From the NCBI RefSeq assembly GCF_947568905.1, contig NC_079172.1:10168001-10232000 (forward strand): a stretch of 64,000 nt of DNA. Reading direction: 5' to 3'. This document shows, piece by piece, positions 35,796-49,750 of this stretch. Below the pieces are notes generated by a model that had not been told where the DNA came from, made no database searches, and saw only the letters and a program-made list of their open reading frames with translations. A program made the translations under genes and the position numbers. Numbering within the stretch: the first letter of the stretch is position 1; each line of letters opens with the position of its first letter. Source of the DNA: Ostrea edulis. Lineage: Eukaryota.

Positions 35796-37233
35796 CATTA
35801 GAAGGTTTGACAACACTTTGATTTTTCTCTCTCTGACTAAATATTCCAATATGTCAGATATCAACATTTTGCAGGGAATCCATGGTGACAGATGGTTCTA
35901 CAAAAAGGCCTCTAGGCGCTTGTTACATTGCAGATTTTCCCTTCACAATATACAGCATACACTAACCAGTTAACATTTACTCACATACCAAGAGATGTAA
36001 CTCTAACAAAAATTAAAACCCGTAGAAATGTTCAATTTTTCCCCCCCTTCACACAGTGAAGGACGCTTCAATAGATTTACTACCATAGTATATGTATGTA
36101 TATTATTATCATGAATATTACTAAACCAAGAACGATAATCGATAACAAGCTCATAGGTCACTCTGCTCACCCCTGAGTCACCTTGCTTCGATCTTTATAC
36201 CAACCATTGTACTACAAAAGGAATCAACTCTACTATCAGGACAGTTCATTGTATTATCAAGAAGATAAAATATAGCATTGGTCTGCACTGCTGTATCAAT
36301 ATTTTGGTTACACAGAAATTTTGTATCTACAGCAACCTCGATGAACCACTTGCATCTGAAGCCATGAAATGAATACATGTATATTTGTAATACGCTAGTG
36401 CAGAACATGCATTCTAAATAATTAAAAGAGAATTTTAAAAAATCTCATCTTCACGACAACTCAAACTATAAAACTTAATACCTTAACAACTAGAATACCA
36501 ACAGTGTATGCTTGAATCATGTTTTCTTTTTTTTAAAGACCTACATTGTCATCTTTTAAAACACTTGATGAACTTTGTAACAGTCAATCATAACTTGTCA
36601 TGAAATGATCGATGCACAAGCATTGGCCTGAACATATAATATTAATGAGAAGCACAGAACTGTAAAAATGTCATCTTCATGACAGCTCAATTTAGACTTA
36701 TATTACTACAATTACTAGCAATTCTACAAAAAGAAGTACGTTTATATTATGGCTTTATTAATTACTGCAGTTCAATGAAATAATCAAATTGAGTTGAACT
36801 TTCCTCTAAAGGCTTTAATCTAATCTATTTATTTCATTAACTGAGTATAATCTAAAGGAGTGAATGGCATTCGATCTGAACTTTGAAAAGTTTTCAGAAC
36901 TTTTACAAAATACGTATATTTTTTAAATACTGTGGATACCTTACTTTGAACGAGTACTTTAAAATATAGTGAAATGACTCGTAGACATCAAATTATGAGA
37001 ACATGAATTTGCAAATGGTCTGTTGATCAAGAGTTAAATTCTTACATGAAGTTCAGCAATATAAAAATAAAAGCGAGTAATTTTATTTCACAAATGGAGC
37101 ATTTCGCTAAATTATAAGTGATAATAAATTCCTCACAAATACATGTATTTAGGAATCTACAGTATTTAACAGCCATTCTTTACATTACCCTTGTGAGCTC
37201 TCAATCCAAAAAGTTCTGTAGCAATTCTCTTAA

Positions 37234-37789
37234 GGTTAATCGATCCTCATGTGATGTCATAGGTTTTTGCAAAAATCTTTATCAAATTAAACTTTGCGCA
37301 TGAAAGAAATATATCTTCAGAGGAATTTTATTTACATAAAATAAAAAATTTGGTAAACTATTGATATTGAAAAAGTGTATATTTTCTATAGATAATCAAT
37401 TCTTTATAATTAAAAAAAAAAATGTTGTCAAGGGCAATAACTCCGATGCTGGTATTTCTCCTACTGCATGTCTATTATGCATGATTTCCCTTATATCCAC
37501 GATTAATTTATACATATTTATGAATTAACAGTTTTCTTAAACTGTTGACATTTAAAATTTGTCATTTCAACAAGATTTTATCTATTTTAATTCTTCTGTA
37601 CAACGAAAATGTGTGATTTTCTGATGTTAACATAAACTTTCGTTTTTTATGTCTGACATCTTTAAAAATGTGGCAGCATACACATTTTCTATGGTTATTG
37701 TTTAAATTTAACTATATTGAATGGAAATTAATACAGTTTTAAGACTTTTAACCATGATTATTGATAAGTCACATGAGGATTGATCGACC
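37234..37789. mobile_element. Kolobok-type non-autonomous element, 556 bp, TTAA TSD
   Basis: TTAA-GGTTAATCGATCCTCATGTGA ... TCACATGAGGATTGATCGACC-TTAA. GG..CC termini with TTAA match Kolobok, whereas piggyBac has CC..GG. Confidence 0.8.
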
Positions 37790-37927
37790 TTAATGCACCA
37801 TTTTTCAATTCCTCTATATCATATGTACTTGAAAATGAAGCAATCAGATGCATAGATTGAAAGGTCTAAACATCTAGCATAATTACACATTTTAAGAATT
37901 GGAAATGCCTTGATGAAGATGTTGATG

Positions 37928-38150
37928 TAATATGATTGATTATTGTTTAACGTCCCTCTCGACAATATTTCGCTCATATGGAGATGTCACCACTGCCGGT
38001 GAAGGGCTGCAAAATTTAGGCCTATGCATTTGGCAAAGGTGTAATCACTACCATTGTTTAAGTCTTCAATTTGACGTGGCCATGGCACAGGCGGAGCTCG
38101 AACTCATGACCTACTGGTCATGAAGAGATTTAACATTCTACCACTGAGAT
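37928..38150 (-). mobile_element. tRNA-headed SINE sharing its 3' tail with copies A-C
   Basis: A-box TCAGTGGTAGA and B-box GTTCGAGCTCC, followed by the cataggcctaaattttgcagcccttcaccggc...aatcaatc tail. Confidence 0.7.
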
Positions 38151-39841
38151 ATTTTTGACCAGTGCATGATACTCTGTATTAAGAACTTGATAATCTGTAC
38201 AAAATTATAATATAAACTCATGCTAAATCATTTTCATCTTAAAGTCTTTCTTCTAGTTCATATCCAACTTTGAAATTGAAGATATATTATATCAAGTATA
38301 GCAATCAATCCTGCAAGTCTGACGAAAATCTTTTGCAAATCTTATCCACCAAAAAGTTTTTTTTTTTTTTTTTTTAAATTTCCTTTTCAATGACCTTGAC
38401 TTTCATTTGCAACCTTGATTTTCATTTTTAACCTAGAAAATCAATAAGATTTAAGGTCTTAATTAGTACAAAGTACCACTTCTGCAAGTCTGACAAATAT
38501 CTAGAAGAAAAAAATTCCTTAAATCTTGTGTATATACACAAAAGAAATTTCAGAATTCTCTCCATTAGCTTTGACCTTTAATTAAATTACTAGCAACAGA
38601 GGTCATTATACAAAGTTGATGAAAATTGGGAAAGAAAGTGGATTAAATTTTGTATACAATGATGTACCAACCAACATGCGAACAAAGAACTATCAAATGA
38701 ACATGCAAACAAAAGTACAGGCTAGCTTTAACTTGCAAGTTACCGGTAGAAAGATCTTGCACAGAAAGCTAATCTATCAAACACACAAATAAAGAAATGA
38801 AATAGGAAAGAAGTTACTATTTAAATTTGTAATTATATCCTCAGTAGTGGTCAGGTATAACAAATCTTAACAAGTAGTTCATAGGATCAGTGCATTGTGA
38901 CCAACTGCGTGCATATCAACAGGATTTGTGTTTCTGGAAAACGCTTACCTTGGATCATACTGTATAAGGTGTTTTTACCACATATATCAAATTACAATTG
39001 CAAATCTGTATGTACTTGTAATAAATATGTTTAACTTAATAGAACTGTCAGGAAAATAGTTTTTGGATTCGGCAATGATTTCAGTTTTAAAGTACACCAT
39101 CACATCCCTGGAATATTTGAATTATACGGCGATAAAGTACAAACATGAATTATTCAACAATGTTCCAAGACTTATAAGCACTATAGGTTCATCAATGTTC
39201 TACTTCAAAAGACTTTCAGGAATATTGTGAACCACTTCCTCAAGTTTTTAAAAAATCAGGTGGAAAAGATATATATATCAATTCAATGAGTTCCAATGCA
39301 GGCTTTTGATCCAAGACATTTAATACATGTATGCAGTTGCAACTTTTGATATTCAAAATCAGATCTTCATTGGAGTAAAGGTGGTTTGCACTTTTATTTA
39401 ACTTAAGGGAAATAATTACTATGAACTTTAGACAATGCCAAGTATCAATGTATATACGGTTACAATGCAAAACAGCTGAATAACATCACTATAATCAATC
39501 GCTATTATCTGATATTTGTAGCTCAAGACAAATTCATTATCGCAATATGTCATAAGTCACTTATCGATTAATTTTGCATCAAAACAAGTTCATTACATCT
39601 TCAAAAAGAATTTCACATGAAGGTTCAAAGCATCCAGGACCTTTCATAAAGGCCAAATACCTGAGGTCTAGCTTAGTACAATGGGAAATTTTGTAGTCTT
39701 TGTGTCTCTACAGTTGAACCAGTTTAGAAGAGAAAAACGTATGAAAAAAGGGGAAGATATTCTATGACAAAAATGATTGTTTCATAGAAAGTTTGTTTGT
39801 AAACACACATATTTAGGCCATATTTTCTGACCCTCTGAACA

Positions 39842-40551
39842 AACAAGTGGCCCATGGGCCTTTATGGTCACCTGAGTATCATAGCCCATACAAGGCGTCT
39901 CATATTTTGCATTTAAGCCTTTTGTGCACATATTTATGATATATTTCAAAACATGCATATTAGATTTTCTAAGATTTAATACATGTTCACTATATGGCCA
40001 TATTGGACACACCCTAGGACCTGAACCCCTGACCCAGGGGCCATGAATTTCACAATTTAGATAGAAAGCTTCATGGACATCATAACCATGCATTCAGTTT
40101 TTCTCAAATATATATAGCAGCAGAGAAGATTTAATACATGTTTATATTATATGGTCATATTGGACCTGCCATAAGGCCTAAAACCCTGATCCACTCTGGG
40201 GCCATAAATTTCATAATTGTAATAGAGGGCTTCATGGACATCCTATGTATATGCATTTAAATTTTCTTTAACACTTATGGGAGCTTAAATAGAGATGCAG
40301 ATTTTTTTAAATATGGCCTTTTTTGCACATCTGGCCCATCCATGAGGCCCCCCGGGTGGTAATTAGGTAATAAATTTCACAATTTATATTCCTCTTATAT
40401 CCTAGGGATGCTTCACACCAGAGATGGGAACAATTGGCCTTGTACTTTTCAAGAAATTAAAATTTTTAAAATTGTTAATGGACAACGGATGACACATGAT
40501 GACTGACGAAGACCAACCGCAATTCAGCGACTCAGCTAGGTGACCTAAAAA
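39842..40551 (+). mobile_element. HINE with ~165-bp repeats
   Basis: AACAAGTGGCCCATGGGCC start, two gccat..aatttcacaatt...agagggcttcatggacatc units, gacaacggatgac...gtgacctaaaaa end. A partial copy lies at 43580-43990. Confidence 0.8.
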
Positions 40552-40879
40552 TTCCTATTACAGAGTACCAAATTTCAGCGATTTTATTTAACAGAAAATT
40601 GAAAAATAACTTAAGCTTTATTATATATTGCATTCTGTTTGACTGTTGCTTTTAACTTGCATATGATTCAATTTTGATTTTAACCAAATTTTGTCACAAA
40701 TTTGCGAGTTATTAATAACTGACTGCCATAAAACTACTGTGTATCTATCTCAACACTCCTTTACAAATGAAAATGGCCACTGGCTGTGAAGTACAGCTGA
40801 AGAAAGGGATAATTTTATACACTGGAACTATACGAAATATGTATCTTTGAATTGAGGTTATCAAGTTTCTAAAGTCAGG

Positions 40880-41420
40880 AGAGAGAGAGAGTAGCAACAA
40901 CCACGCTCGCTAGGTGGCGTGTCATGTTCTATTTTTATTTCTACAAGAAAAGTGGGACGAGGTTCCACCCTATTTTTTACGGGCTAGTATGGATAAACCT
41001 AGAGCCTACGAATGATGCGAAGTTGATCGTTCGGATCTAAAATAGCTAGATTTACCGTATCTCACGTGATTAGGCACATTCCAGAAAATCCCTTTGAGAT
41101 TGAAGTGATTAAGCAGAGCGAGTATATGTAAACATTTACTTAACGGTGAAATACGCAACAAAGAGTGACATATTAATACATTTTATGCATGAATAAATTA
41201 TACTGAGGTCAAACATGGACGATAATTGCCCGTGTTCATATAGTATTTGATTGATTTAGATATTCAAGGAAAGATAACTCCCATTATTAACGTACTCACA
41301 ACGTACCGGTGGTATACAATAATACAATGTTTATTCATTTCTGAATGATGAGTGAATCTTTATTTACATCAGAATCTTTTCCATCACACTCACAGACCAG
41401 GTCCCCATACCCCTATCAGT
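40880..41420 (-). promoter_or_regulatory. Candidate main promoter / non-coding first-exon region of the receptor gene
   Basis: Locally CpG-retaining stretch in CpG-depleted DNA. CTCF-like TCGCTAGGTGGCGT (40907-40920), TCACGTGA E-box (41062-41069), and minus-strand donor-like sites GTT|GTGAGT (41299), TCT|GTGAGT (~41392) and ACG|GTAAAT (~41055). Confidence 0.35.
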
Positions 41421-42077
41421 GTCAATCTGTGACTGATAGCAGTGCCGTATTTAATTTGATATAGTCTAGAGGAAATTCGAAATATGGTAGTGACATTTCT
41501 TCCTCACTGAATTTTTAACGTTTAAAGAAAAGTGGGGTATGGACTGGGGGGTTAAAAATGCTATTTGCCAAATTTTCAACAATATTAATTACAAGGCAAG
41601 GCAAAAGGGGCCATAAGCTACATATGATGCAATTTTCACTTGCAAGTTGCACTGCCACTAGTTACACTTAATTAGTGACTTACTTACAGATAAATAAAGT
41701 AACTTACAAATATTTCATTTATTTATTTATCTATCATTTCATTTCATTTTTTTTTAATATCATGGTTTGTACTTGAAGAGTCATCGCAATAAAGGGACAT
41801 TAATCATTAGTGTTACAACAAAATCTAATCATGCAGTTTTTAAATTTCTGAATCTTGAAAAAATAAAAATAAATAAATAATAGATTCTAATACCACTCAG
41901 GCCCCCCGACTGGCCAGAGAGTTCTGCTTCTGTCAGTTAATTCTGATGCAACTAGCTCAGCCCCCAGACTGGCCAGAGAGTCCACTGTTTCGGTAAATTC
42001 TGATAATGATGCAACTCAGCCCCAGTATTAATTGTTTTTCTTTTATGTTGAATGCATTATTTCAAGAAATAACTTCA

Positions 42078-42430
42078 GGTCACTTTTTAATGTGAAATGG
42101 AACATTTTCAATTTTTGACAACCTGACGGTAGGGGTGTTTAAGACACTATACCTCATTTTCTGTAAGGAAGTGGAGTAAAAGGAATTCAGAATTGGATTC
42201 AGCATACTCAAAATTGGTAATTACACCTGTTTTTTTATTGTTTTGGGTGATGGTGTTTCAAGAAATAAAATTGGGTCACTTTTTGATGCGAAATGAAACA
42301 TTTTCCTGTTTTGGTAACCTGACGGTAGGGGTGTTTAAGACACTATACCTCATTTTCTATAAGAAATTGGAGTAAAAGGAATCCAGATTTGAAATCAGCA
42401 TACTCAAAATTGGTAATTGCACCTGATTTT
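42078..42430. repeat. ~196-bp tandem duplication
   Basis: GGTCACTTTTT at 42078 and 42274; ACCTGACGGTAGGGGTGTTTAAGACACTATACCTCATTTTCT occurs twice. Confidence 0.85.
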
Positions 42431-42470
42431 TATTGTTTTGGGTAATTTTTTAAAAATGGGTGGTGGTTGC

Positions 42471-42471
<1 letters not shown>

Positions 42472-42520
<49 letters not shown>
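42472..42520. repeat. (GA)n microsatellite
   Basis: Directly visible; it produces the RERERE and LSLSLS ORFs. Confidence 0.97.
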
Positions 42521-42522
<2 letters not shown>

Positions 42523-45084
42523 AAACAGTTGTGGCAGATTAGTGTTCACCTTGCAAACCCCATCTATAGAACTACCATGGGCATGATTCATTTGTCCAGG
42601 ATTCCAGGCTTTCCCATGGAAAGTCCTGGAAACCATGGACATAGTCCACAAAACATAGACTGGAACAAGCTCGACTTCCATGTACAGAAAGTGTGTTAAA
42701 AAAGCTTTGTCAGTTTGCCGAACTGGAGTGTATACCTGTTTAGAGATTGATGTACAGATTTTAATGTAAAACAGAGAAAAAACATATCATGGCCTAAGGT
42801 CATCAATTTTATCCTCAAAACTAGCTCTTAACCTATTACAAACAGCATAAAGCTTGAATGTGCATATAATGCAGATGGGTGAGACAGGTACAAATCAATA
42901 GCACACTCCTTCACTCTAAATACGGCAGTATCTAAATACCGCAGTATAATGCCTGTGTGAAATAACCCGGTCCCCAAGAATTCTGTCTATCAAATCATAT
43001 ACCTAACTAATGGTCGAGTCTCGGAGTAAATGGCAAAGGTTTTAAACATGTTTATGATGTCATAATCTGATTTTATTACACCATTTTAATCAAATTGAGA
43101 ATAATACACTGTAATTGAATTGCATAACTTGTATAAATTATACACTTAATGCTGAAACGAAACCATGCTGTTGACTTCGATGGGCAAATAAAGCCCTTAT
43201 CATACATATACATAGTTAATGAATACACAATTTCCGCAATCACCAATAGCTGTTTCCCTTTGTTCAACTCTTATGCACGGTGAGATGCAAAGTGTAAATT
43301 TGTACACATGCGATATATATATATATATATATATATACACTTTGTATTAAGTTCAAAACATAAGACTGTAGATTCCTTATTTAAAATATGTTGAAATGCG
43401 TCAAATCGCGTGAACATGGATTCGCATGTGGTCTGTTAATCAAGAGTTCTTGCATGTATTTTAACAACAACAAAATAAAAGCGATTTTATTTTGTGTCGG
43501 TATGATGCCTCTCGCGAAATTTTACAATAAGCTCATTGTGTATATCTAGGAATCCGCAAGGTTAAAACTGACACCAAATAGTCCAAAAAGAGGCCAGTGG
43601 GCCTTACCGGTCACCTGAGTACCACAGTCCATAACGGAATTTAAGTCTCATATTTGCACATATGCCTGACAACATGGAGTCTTGTGCACATGTTTATGAT
43701 CTTTTAAAATACACAATTCCTATTCAATTACGTATATACAGAAGAAGAAAAAATACAGGTTTGAAGCCTATAAATTATTTTAACATATTCCCTAATTTTT
43801 CTATACATTTTCATTATGTGGCAATATTGGCCGCACCCAAGGGCCTGAACCCGACCCTGGAACCATAAATTTCACAAATTAGGTAGAGAGTTTCATGGAC
43901 ATCATAACCATGCATTTAATTTTTCTCCAACAAGTGTGGGAGTAGAGAAGAAATTTTTGAAAATAAGACATTTTTTAAAGCATATTTGGCAGTCTGGCCT
44001 CAGAGTAAAATTAACATCATACTTTTATGGTCATTGGACATTTCACTATTGGATCAATTTCACTTTCAAGCTAGTAGGCAGACAGAGAAATTAAGGTGAG
44101 ATGAACGCACCGCCTCCATCATTACTTTGTTTTGTGGCAATGACAAGTAGAGTTTTAAATAAAAAAAAGTTGTATCCTGGAAAGCTTAAAGATTTCTGTA
44201 AAAAATAATAATAATAATAACATTAAATGTATTCCTTGGGGAAGTGTAGAACAACCCTGTAGGCATTTGGCACCGTTCTGTAATGAGTGAGCAATACTTG
44301 TGATTGACAGTTGAGGAAGTTGAATATGATGCTCAGCCTGTTTCAGCCCACATTTTATGAGATTTCTTTCCAATGCATCTGCAACTATATTTCTTGTTCT
44401 CAGAACTTTTCATCAATTTTCTTTAAGTCTGGAAACATTAAATTCTGCAGAAAATTAAAATGTTAAGAAGGGTGCTATATAAAACCTGCAATTTGAAAAG
44501 CATTTTTCTGTGACTTCTTAGAATACAAGATGTAATTTATCAGCATATTGTAAATTCCCTTAACTTCATGTATTATGAAAGAATAAGCTGTATTTGGATT
44601 AATCAGAAGGGGAGGGGGAGACAAAAGTATCCTTGAAAAACATAAGAAACATCGGCACTTAGTCAATCTTCAAATCCTAATTTGTGTGTGTGTATATGAA
44701 GTAATATTATATTATAAGAGTTGTCTCACTCAAAATTCTTCTCTTCACAGTTCATTCTTTTCAACAAAAAAAAGGGAGAGGAGAGACACCTAATTTATCT
44801 TTTATCTGCAAATCAAACATTCTGAGAATACTATGAGAGCAATGAAAGAAAAAGTGAGCAAGTTCACATACCCCACGCTCCAACATTGTTTGACAATTAA
44901 TGCCTCACATTATGAATTGTAAAGCATAAACTGTAAAAATTGTAATTTACTGGTGGGCAATCAGATGAAAATCATAATAAAAAACAAAACAAATTATTTT
45001 CTTTTTGTAAAACGAAAAAGAGAGCAAGCTCACATACCCCAAGAATTTCCTTGGAATATGCACATCTACACAGTGTGTCCTTAT

Positions 45085-45119
<35 letters not shown>

Positions 45120-46180
45120 CTAAGAGGAGTTCGCTGCGTGGGGTATATGTCCCCTATTGGCGCCCCCATTAATTGACGGATGTAATAATTCAGAAAATGT
45201 ACATTTGATGTTATTTGACCTTGAACTGTGACCTATAACATTGGTACTAAATCATCATGTTTACCAGTATCAAATTAATTTGATGTTTCAGTGTTCATAT
45301 AGTTGATGAATGTAGTTTTTATCAGGGGTGAAATAGTGTTAGTCAGAACTCTATAATTTTTTAATTAATTAAATCCAAAAACATGTAGCAAATATCCTAA
45401 ATGTCACAGAGTAGATTTGAGTTTCATAACTATAATTATAAAATCAACCGAAAAAATTTGGTATTCTGTCATTGTGCGACATATCATTTGCCTAGTTTTA
45501 AAAAATACATCAAATCTGGCCGGTCACCGCGGCTTTGCCAAAAATATGTGGCGGAAATAATCTTGCAAATGGAACACAAAACAACCCACCTATATAACAT
45601 TCATATCTGCATTGTAATTAATTCTAAAAGACTTCTGAATACTGTTCTTAAAACTGTCATCATTTGTTCGAAGACCAATTTTGAATACCCATCGCAGTTC
45701 GGAATGTAGGAACGTGGTAAATTGGGTTCTGTTGACTGATCAGATTTCCCGCAGTGACTACAGAAAAAAATACTCGCATGATTAACAGATTTGATATATA
45801 TTTTCATTGATATGTTCCTTTGCCATTAATAAAGCTCGAAATGTTAATTTAACAAAGTAATTATTTACACAATCAGTGACCGAGCTTCGTCGACTGCCTC
45901 TATTCAGATGCGACATACTTTTACAGCCTTTCCACCTGAACACAATCACGACAAATATAAAAATGTAACGACCATAGAATTTGAAAAAAGCTGGCGTCAA
46001 ACCAGAATGTTAAAATCCCTGTAAAATTCAGCTTATTTGTCAGTAGCCTAGCTGCCTCAATTCATCAAGAGTACAGCAAACAGTACAATATAAGCCTGTA
46101 CAAAGTTTGAGGAATGTCAAGTTAGAGGTGTGAGAGGAGTTGATTACACAAAATAGGTACCGTCTATTCAAAAGATGCTT

Positions 46181-47010
46181 AAACAAGAGTTCCACAAACG
46201 GTACAATATGCCCCCGTCGGACAGTGAAATTCAACCTGGAAGCATACTGTGCATTCTGAATTGATACAACACACATTCTGAATAGAAAAGCCTTACAGTA
46301 GATCACGATGCACCAATCCATCTGACATGTGAACTGATTATGTATTTCTCTGAGAGTGAGGTTGTGACAAAATGTTGGTGCAATATCTATCTATGATGAT
46401 AAAAAGTCCAGGAAACCATTTGATCTACTTTTAGCCCTAAAGTAGGTCATGGTGCACCAATTAAGTTGAAATGTTTGAAATGTGAACTGATTATGTATTT
46501 CTCTGAAAGGGAGGTTGTGACTAAGTTTCAGAGCAACTACCTGAGACCATACAAAAAAAATCTGGAAAACTGTTTGACCTACTTCTATCCCTAAAGTACT
46601 GTAAGTCATAGTGTGCCAATCCAACTGAAATGTTAACTGCACTTGTCTTCCTCTGAGAGGAAGCCTTTGACTAAATATCAGGGCAATATCTGTATCTGTA
46701 ATGAAAAAAGCACGAAAAACTGATCTATTTTTAGTCCAAAAGGAGGTCAAGGATGGAATAAACCAGCTGAAATGTAAACTGCACTTCTAATCCTCCGAGA
46801 GGAAGCCTATGACTAAATATCAGGGCAATATTTGTATCCGTAATGAAAAAAAGCCCAGATAACTGTTTGACTTATTTTTCCCAAAAAGTAGGTCAAGGAT
46901 GGACCAATCCAGTTGAAATGCAAACTGAACTTGTATTCATTTGAGAGGAAGCCTATGACTAAATATCAGGGCAATATCTGTTTCCATAATGAAAAAAAGC
47001 CCCCAAAAAT
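46181..47010 (+). mobile_element. HINE with ~145-bp internal repeats
   Basis: AACAAGAGTTCCACAAACGG...ATGCCCCC start; TGACTAAATATCAGGGCAATAT recurs at ~46669, 46810 and 46958. Confidence 0.7.
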
Positions 47011-47392
47011 GTTTGTCAGTGGTGTATGTGTCTTATTTCAAATTCATTGGGATATATTGAATTGACAAATGATTGTTAATAGATAAAATGTTTGCGATAT
47101 ATCTAAATGTCAAGTAGAATGCCATAATTTGCAAGATATTTTTCCTTCTCGTGTTGACGCTTTTCAATATATTCTGCCTTATTAGAATACAAAAACAGGT
47201 CAGCTAACAAAGGAGCACAATTTATGCCCATTAGAATTTCAATAAACTGTTGGTAGACCTGATCACCAAAGAATACATAGATATATTAATTGTCTATGAT
47301 TGAGGAACTCCAGCATCATTTTAATCTCAACTCCAGAGAACTATTTGTGCATTGAATAAGCGTGGCATTTAACGAAGTAATTACGTTTTCAA

Positions 47393-47529
47393 TGATGCTT
47401 ACTCCTCCTCGGCACCTGATCCCAACTCTGGTATATCCAAGGGTCAGTGTTGCATGCCTAACTTTTCATTTTCTATTGCTATATAGGAGTTGTGGGATTT
47501 ATCACTGTTTGTCATCTTCACCTTTCATA
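47393..47529 (+). mobile_element. 3'-terminal fragment of a Penelope-like retroelement
   Basis: Matches 62143-62271 (gatgcttactcctcct...cacctgatccca...atcttcacctttcat). An inverted fragment lies at 49225-49330 and a degenerate coding remnant at ~45960-46070 (minus). Confidence 0.65.
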
Positions 47530-49750
47530 ACTGATCACAAGATATGAATATTTCCATGCATGCTATGCATACTTCAATGCACTTTCAAGATTGACTTTGA
47601 AGTTGTTTCGGCTGATTTAGTATGGAAAATTGTGTATACTCTTTGACATCACAGAAAACATTAGTCTTCAAATACAATTCAGAAAATGCACTAGCTATAT
47701 CTGATCTTACAAAAATTCTAAACTGCAGTCCAATATCTGTACCTCAATGTTTGAGATATCAGTGACTTATGTTTGAATATGTTGCATTTGATGCATGCAT
47801 AACACGCGCATCAGACTGCAAGTTACAATTTGTGTTGTCCTGTTATTCATATCTGTAATTAGATTGCAATAAATTCAAAGAAAAACTTATTTGTGTTTCC
47901 TTTATCAATAAAACATTTCATTGTATATATGACTGTGCACTGATCCCTGAAGGCTTAGGATATTGATTGTCGAGCTTGAATGGGATGTTGCAATTGCTTT
48001 GTAGTTAAAGAACCTTTCACATAAGGAATGAAACAGATCTTTTTACTGCGTCCCTTTTACTATCCATTCTACTCTCTACTCTGAAACTTTGTTTCTGTTG
48101 CGTGGGTTTTTAACTTTCTCGTAACACCTGAGGTTGGAAGCTTGTCTTTACTGTGTTGAGATACGTTGAATAATGTCATTGAGAATTTTTATTTTTATTT
48201 TTATGCTTCTTTTAAGATGCAACCGCAACTTCCAAATTGCTTCAAAGTTCACTTTGAAAATCTTCATGTTTTATCTATTCTCTGTGTTAATACACTTGGT
48301 CTTGTTTGAATAATGTATGCAATTGTGTACGACATACTGCATTAATATCATGCTATACTCATATAGAAATATCAATGGCTCATGTCAACAACAAAAATGG
48401 TATGGTCCAAACAAAAAAAACCCCTAAAAATCATATTACATAAGAGGTCAAGGTCGAAAAAATGACACACGACACACTGTCTTATGGTATACCAACATAC
48501 CAAATAGCCCAAAAAATTCTATTATTTGACCCTTACATAAAAGGTCAAGATCAAAGGCCTTAAATAATGGCACAACACATTGTCTTATGGTTACCCATTT
48601 ACAAAATATCCAAGTCTTATGTCAAAAGACAAAAATGTTAAGGTCCAGACAAACATAAAAATATCCTGACCATTAAACATTTTATTTGACCTTTATATAA
48701 AAGATCAAGGTCATCAAAATTGGTACATGACAGACTGTCTTATCATGGTACATGGATACCCAAATACCAAATGCATGTCAAAAGACAAATAAGTTATGGC
48801 CTGGACAAACTATGTATGAGAAGTGAATTAGATTCACACTAAAACAATATGTCTTCCTTCTGAGAAAGGGCAACATACAGGGATTATAGACATTAACTTT
48901 TTATCTCACTTGCCCTTCGGGCAATTAAACTCGAACTTTCACTTGTCCAAATGAAAAACTTAATTGTCCGAAATTTTTTAGACTCTAATACGCCTATCAA
49001 CTAGTAATTTTAATTAGTGAATCGCTAAATTTTCACTTCTTTAGAATAGTTTCCCCTCTTTTAGGTTTTCCGTTTAAGAGGTTATACCTGTGAATTATGC
49101 CATACCAGTTGAATTATTGTAGATGAATGAAATTGATGAAAAATGTCATTGACAGTTATAAATAAGAAAATTACAATGGTCATTGTAGGAAAATAGATAG
49201 AATGAACAAGGCAATGTTTTGATACATGAAAGGTGAAGATAATGAACAGTGATCAATCTCATAACTTCTATAAGCAAAATAGAAAGTTGTGCAAACACGG
49301 ACCCCTGGACACACAAGAGGTGGGATTAAGGCTATCTGATATAAAGCCATAGGGAAGAGAAGTACAAGTTATTTCACATCCTCCACCCCTCTTAGATCCA
49401 CTATAACTTTTACGAAAATAATTGAATCCTCACATCCCGACAATATACACATCTACATGTATGGCAATGAAGCATTATACAAAGTTTCAAGTCTGTCTGA
49501 TAAACCATATATAGGAGAAGTGTAAGTCACAAGGTTTTGTGACAGACAGCAGAACTGATAGTACAAAAACATTGGATATGTCTCTCCTCTCATGCAGAGA
49601 TTGCGTTGAATGTTTTGCCATAGTGTTTTGTGTATATCTTGTCTCACATTTACAAAAGTCTGTCTGACAAATGTACCTAATATTGCATGAATTTAATTCA
49701 CTGTATCACTGGTTTTTATTGTGATTAGCTAAAATTATTTCTTACAGACT

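Noticed and set aside
42603-42630. Near-perfect 28-nt inverted repeat TCCAGGCTTTCCCATGGAAAGTCCTGGA
   Set aside because: It is an isolated hairpin, probably within a repeat fragment. There is no flanking evidence for a miRNA precursor or terminator, and intrinsic terminators do not apply to this eukaryotic context.
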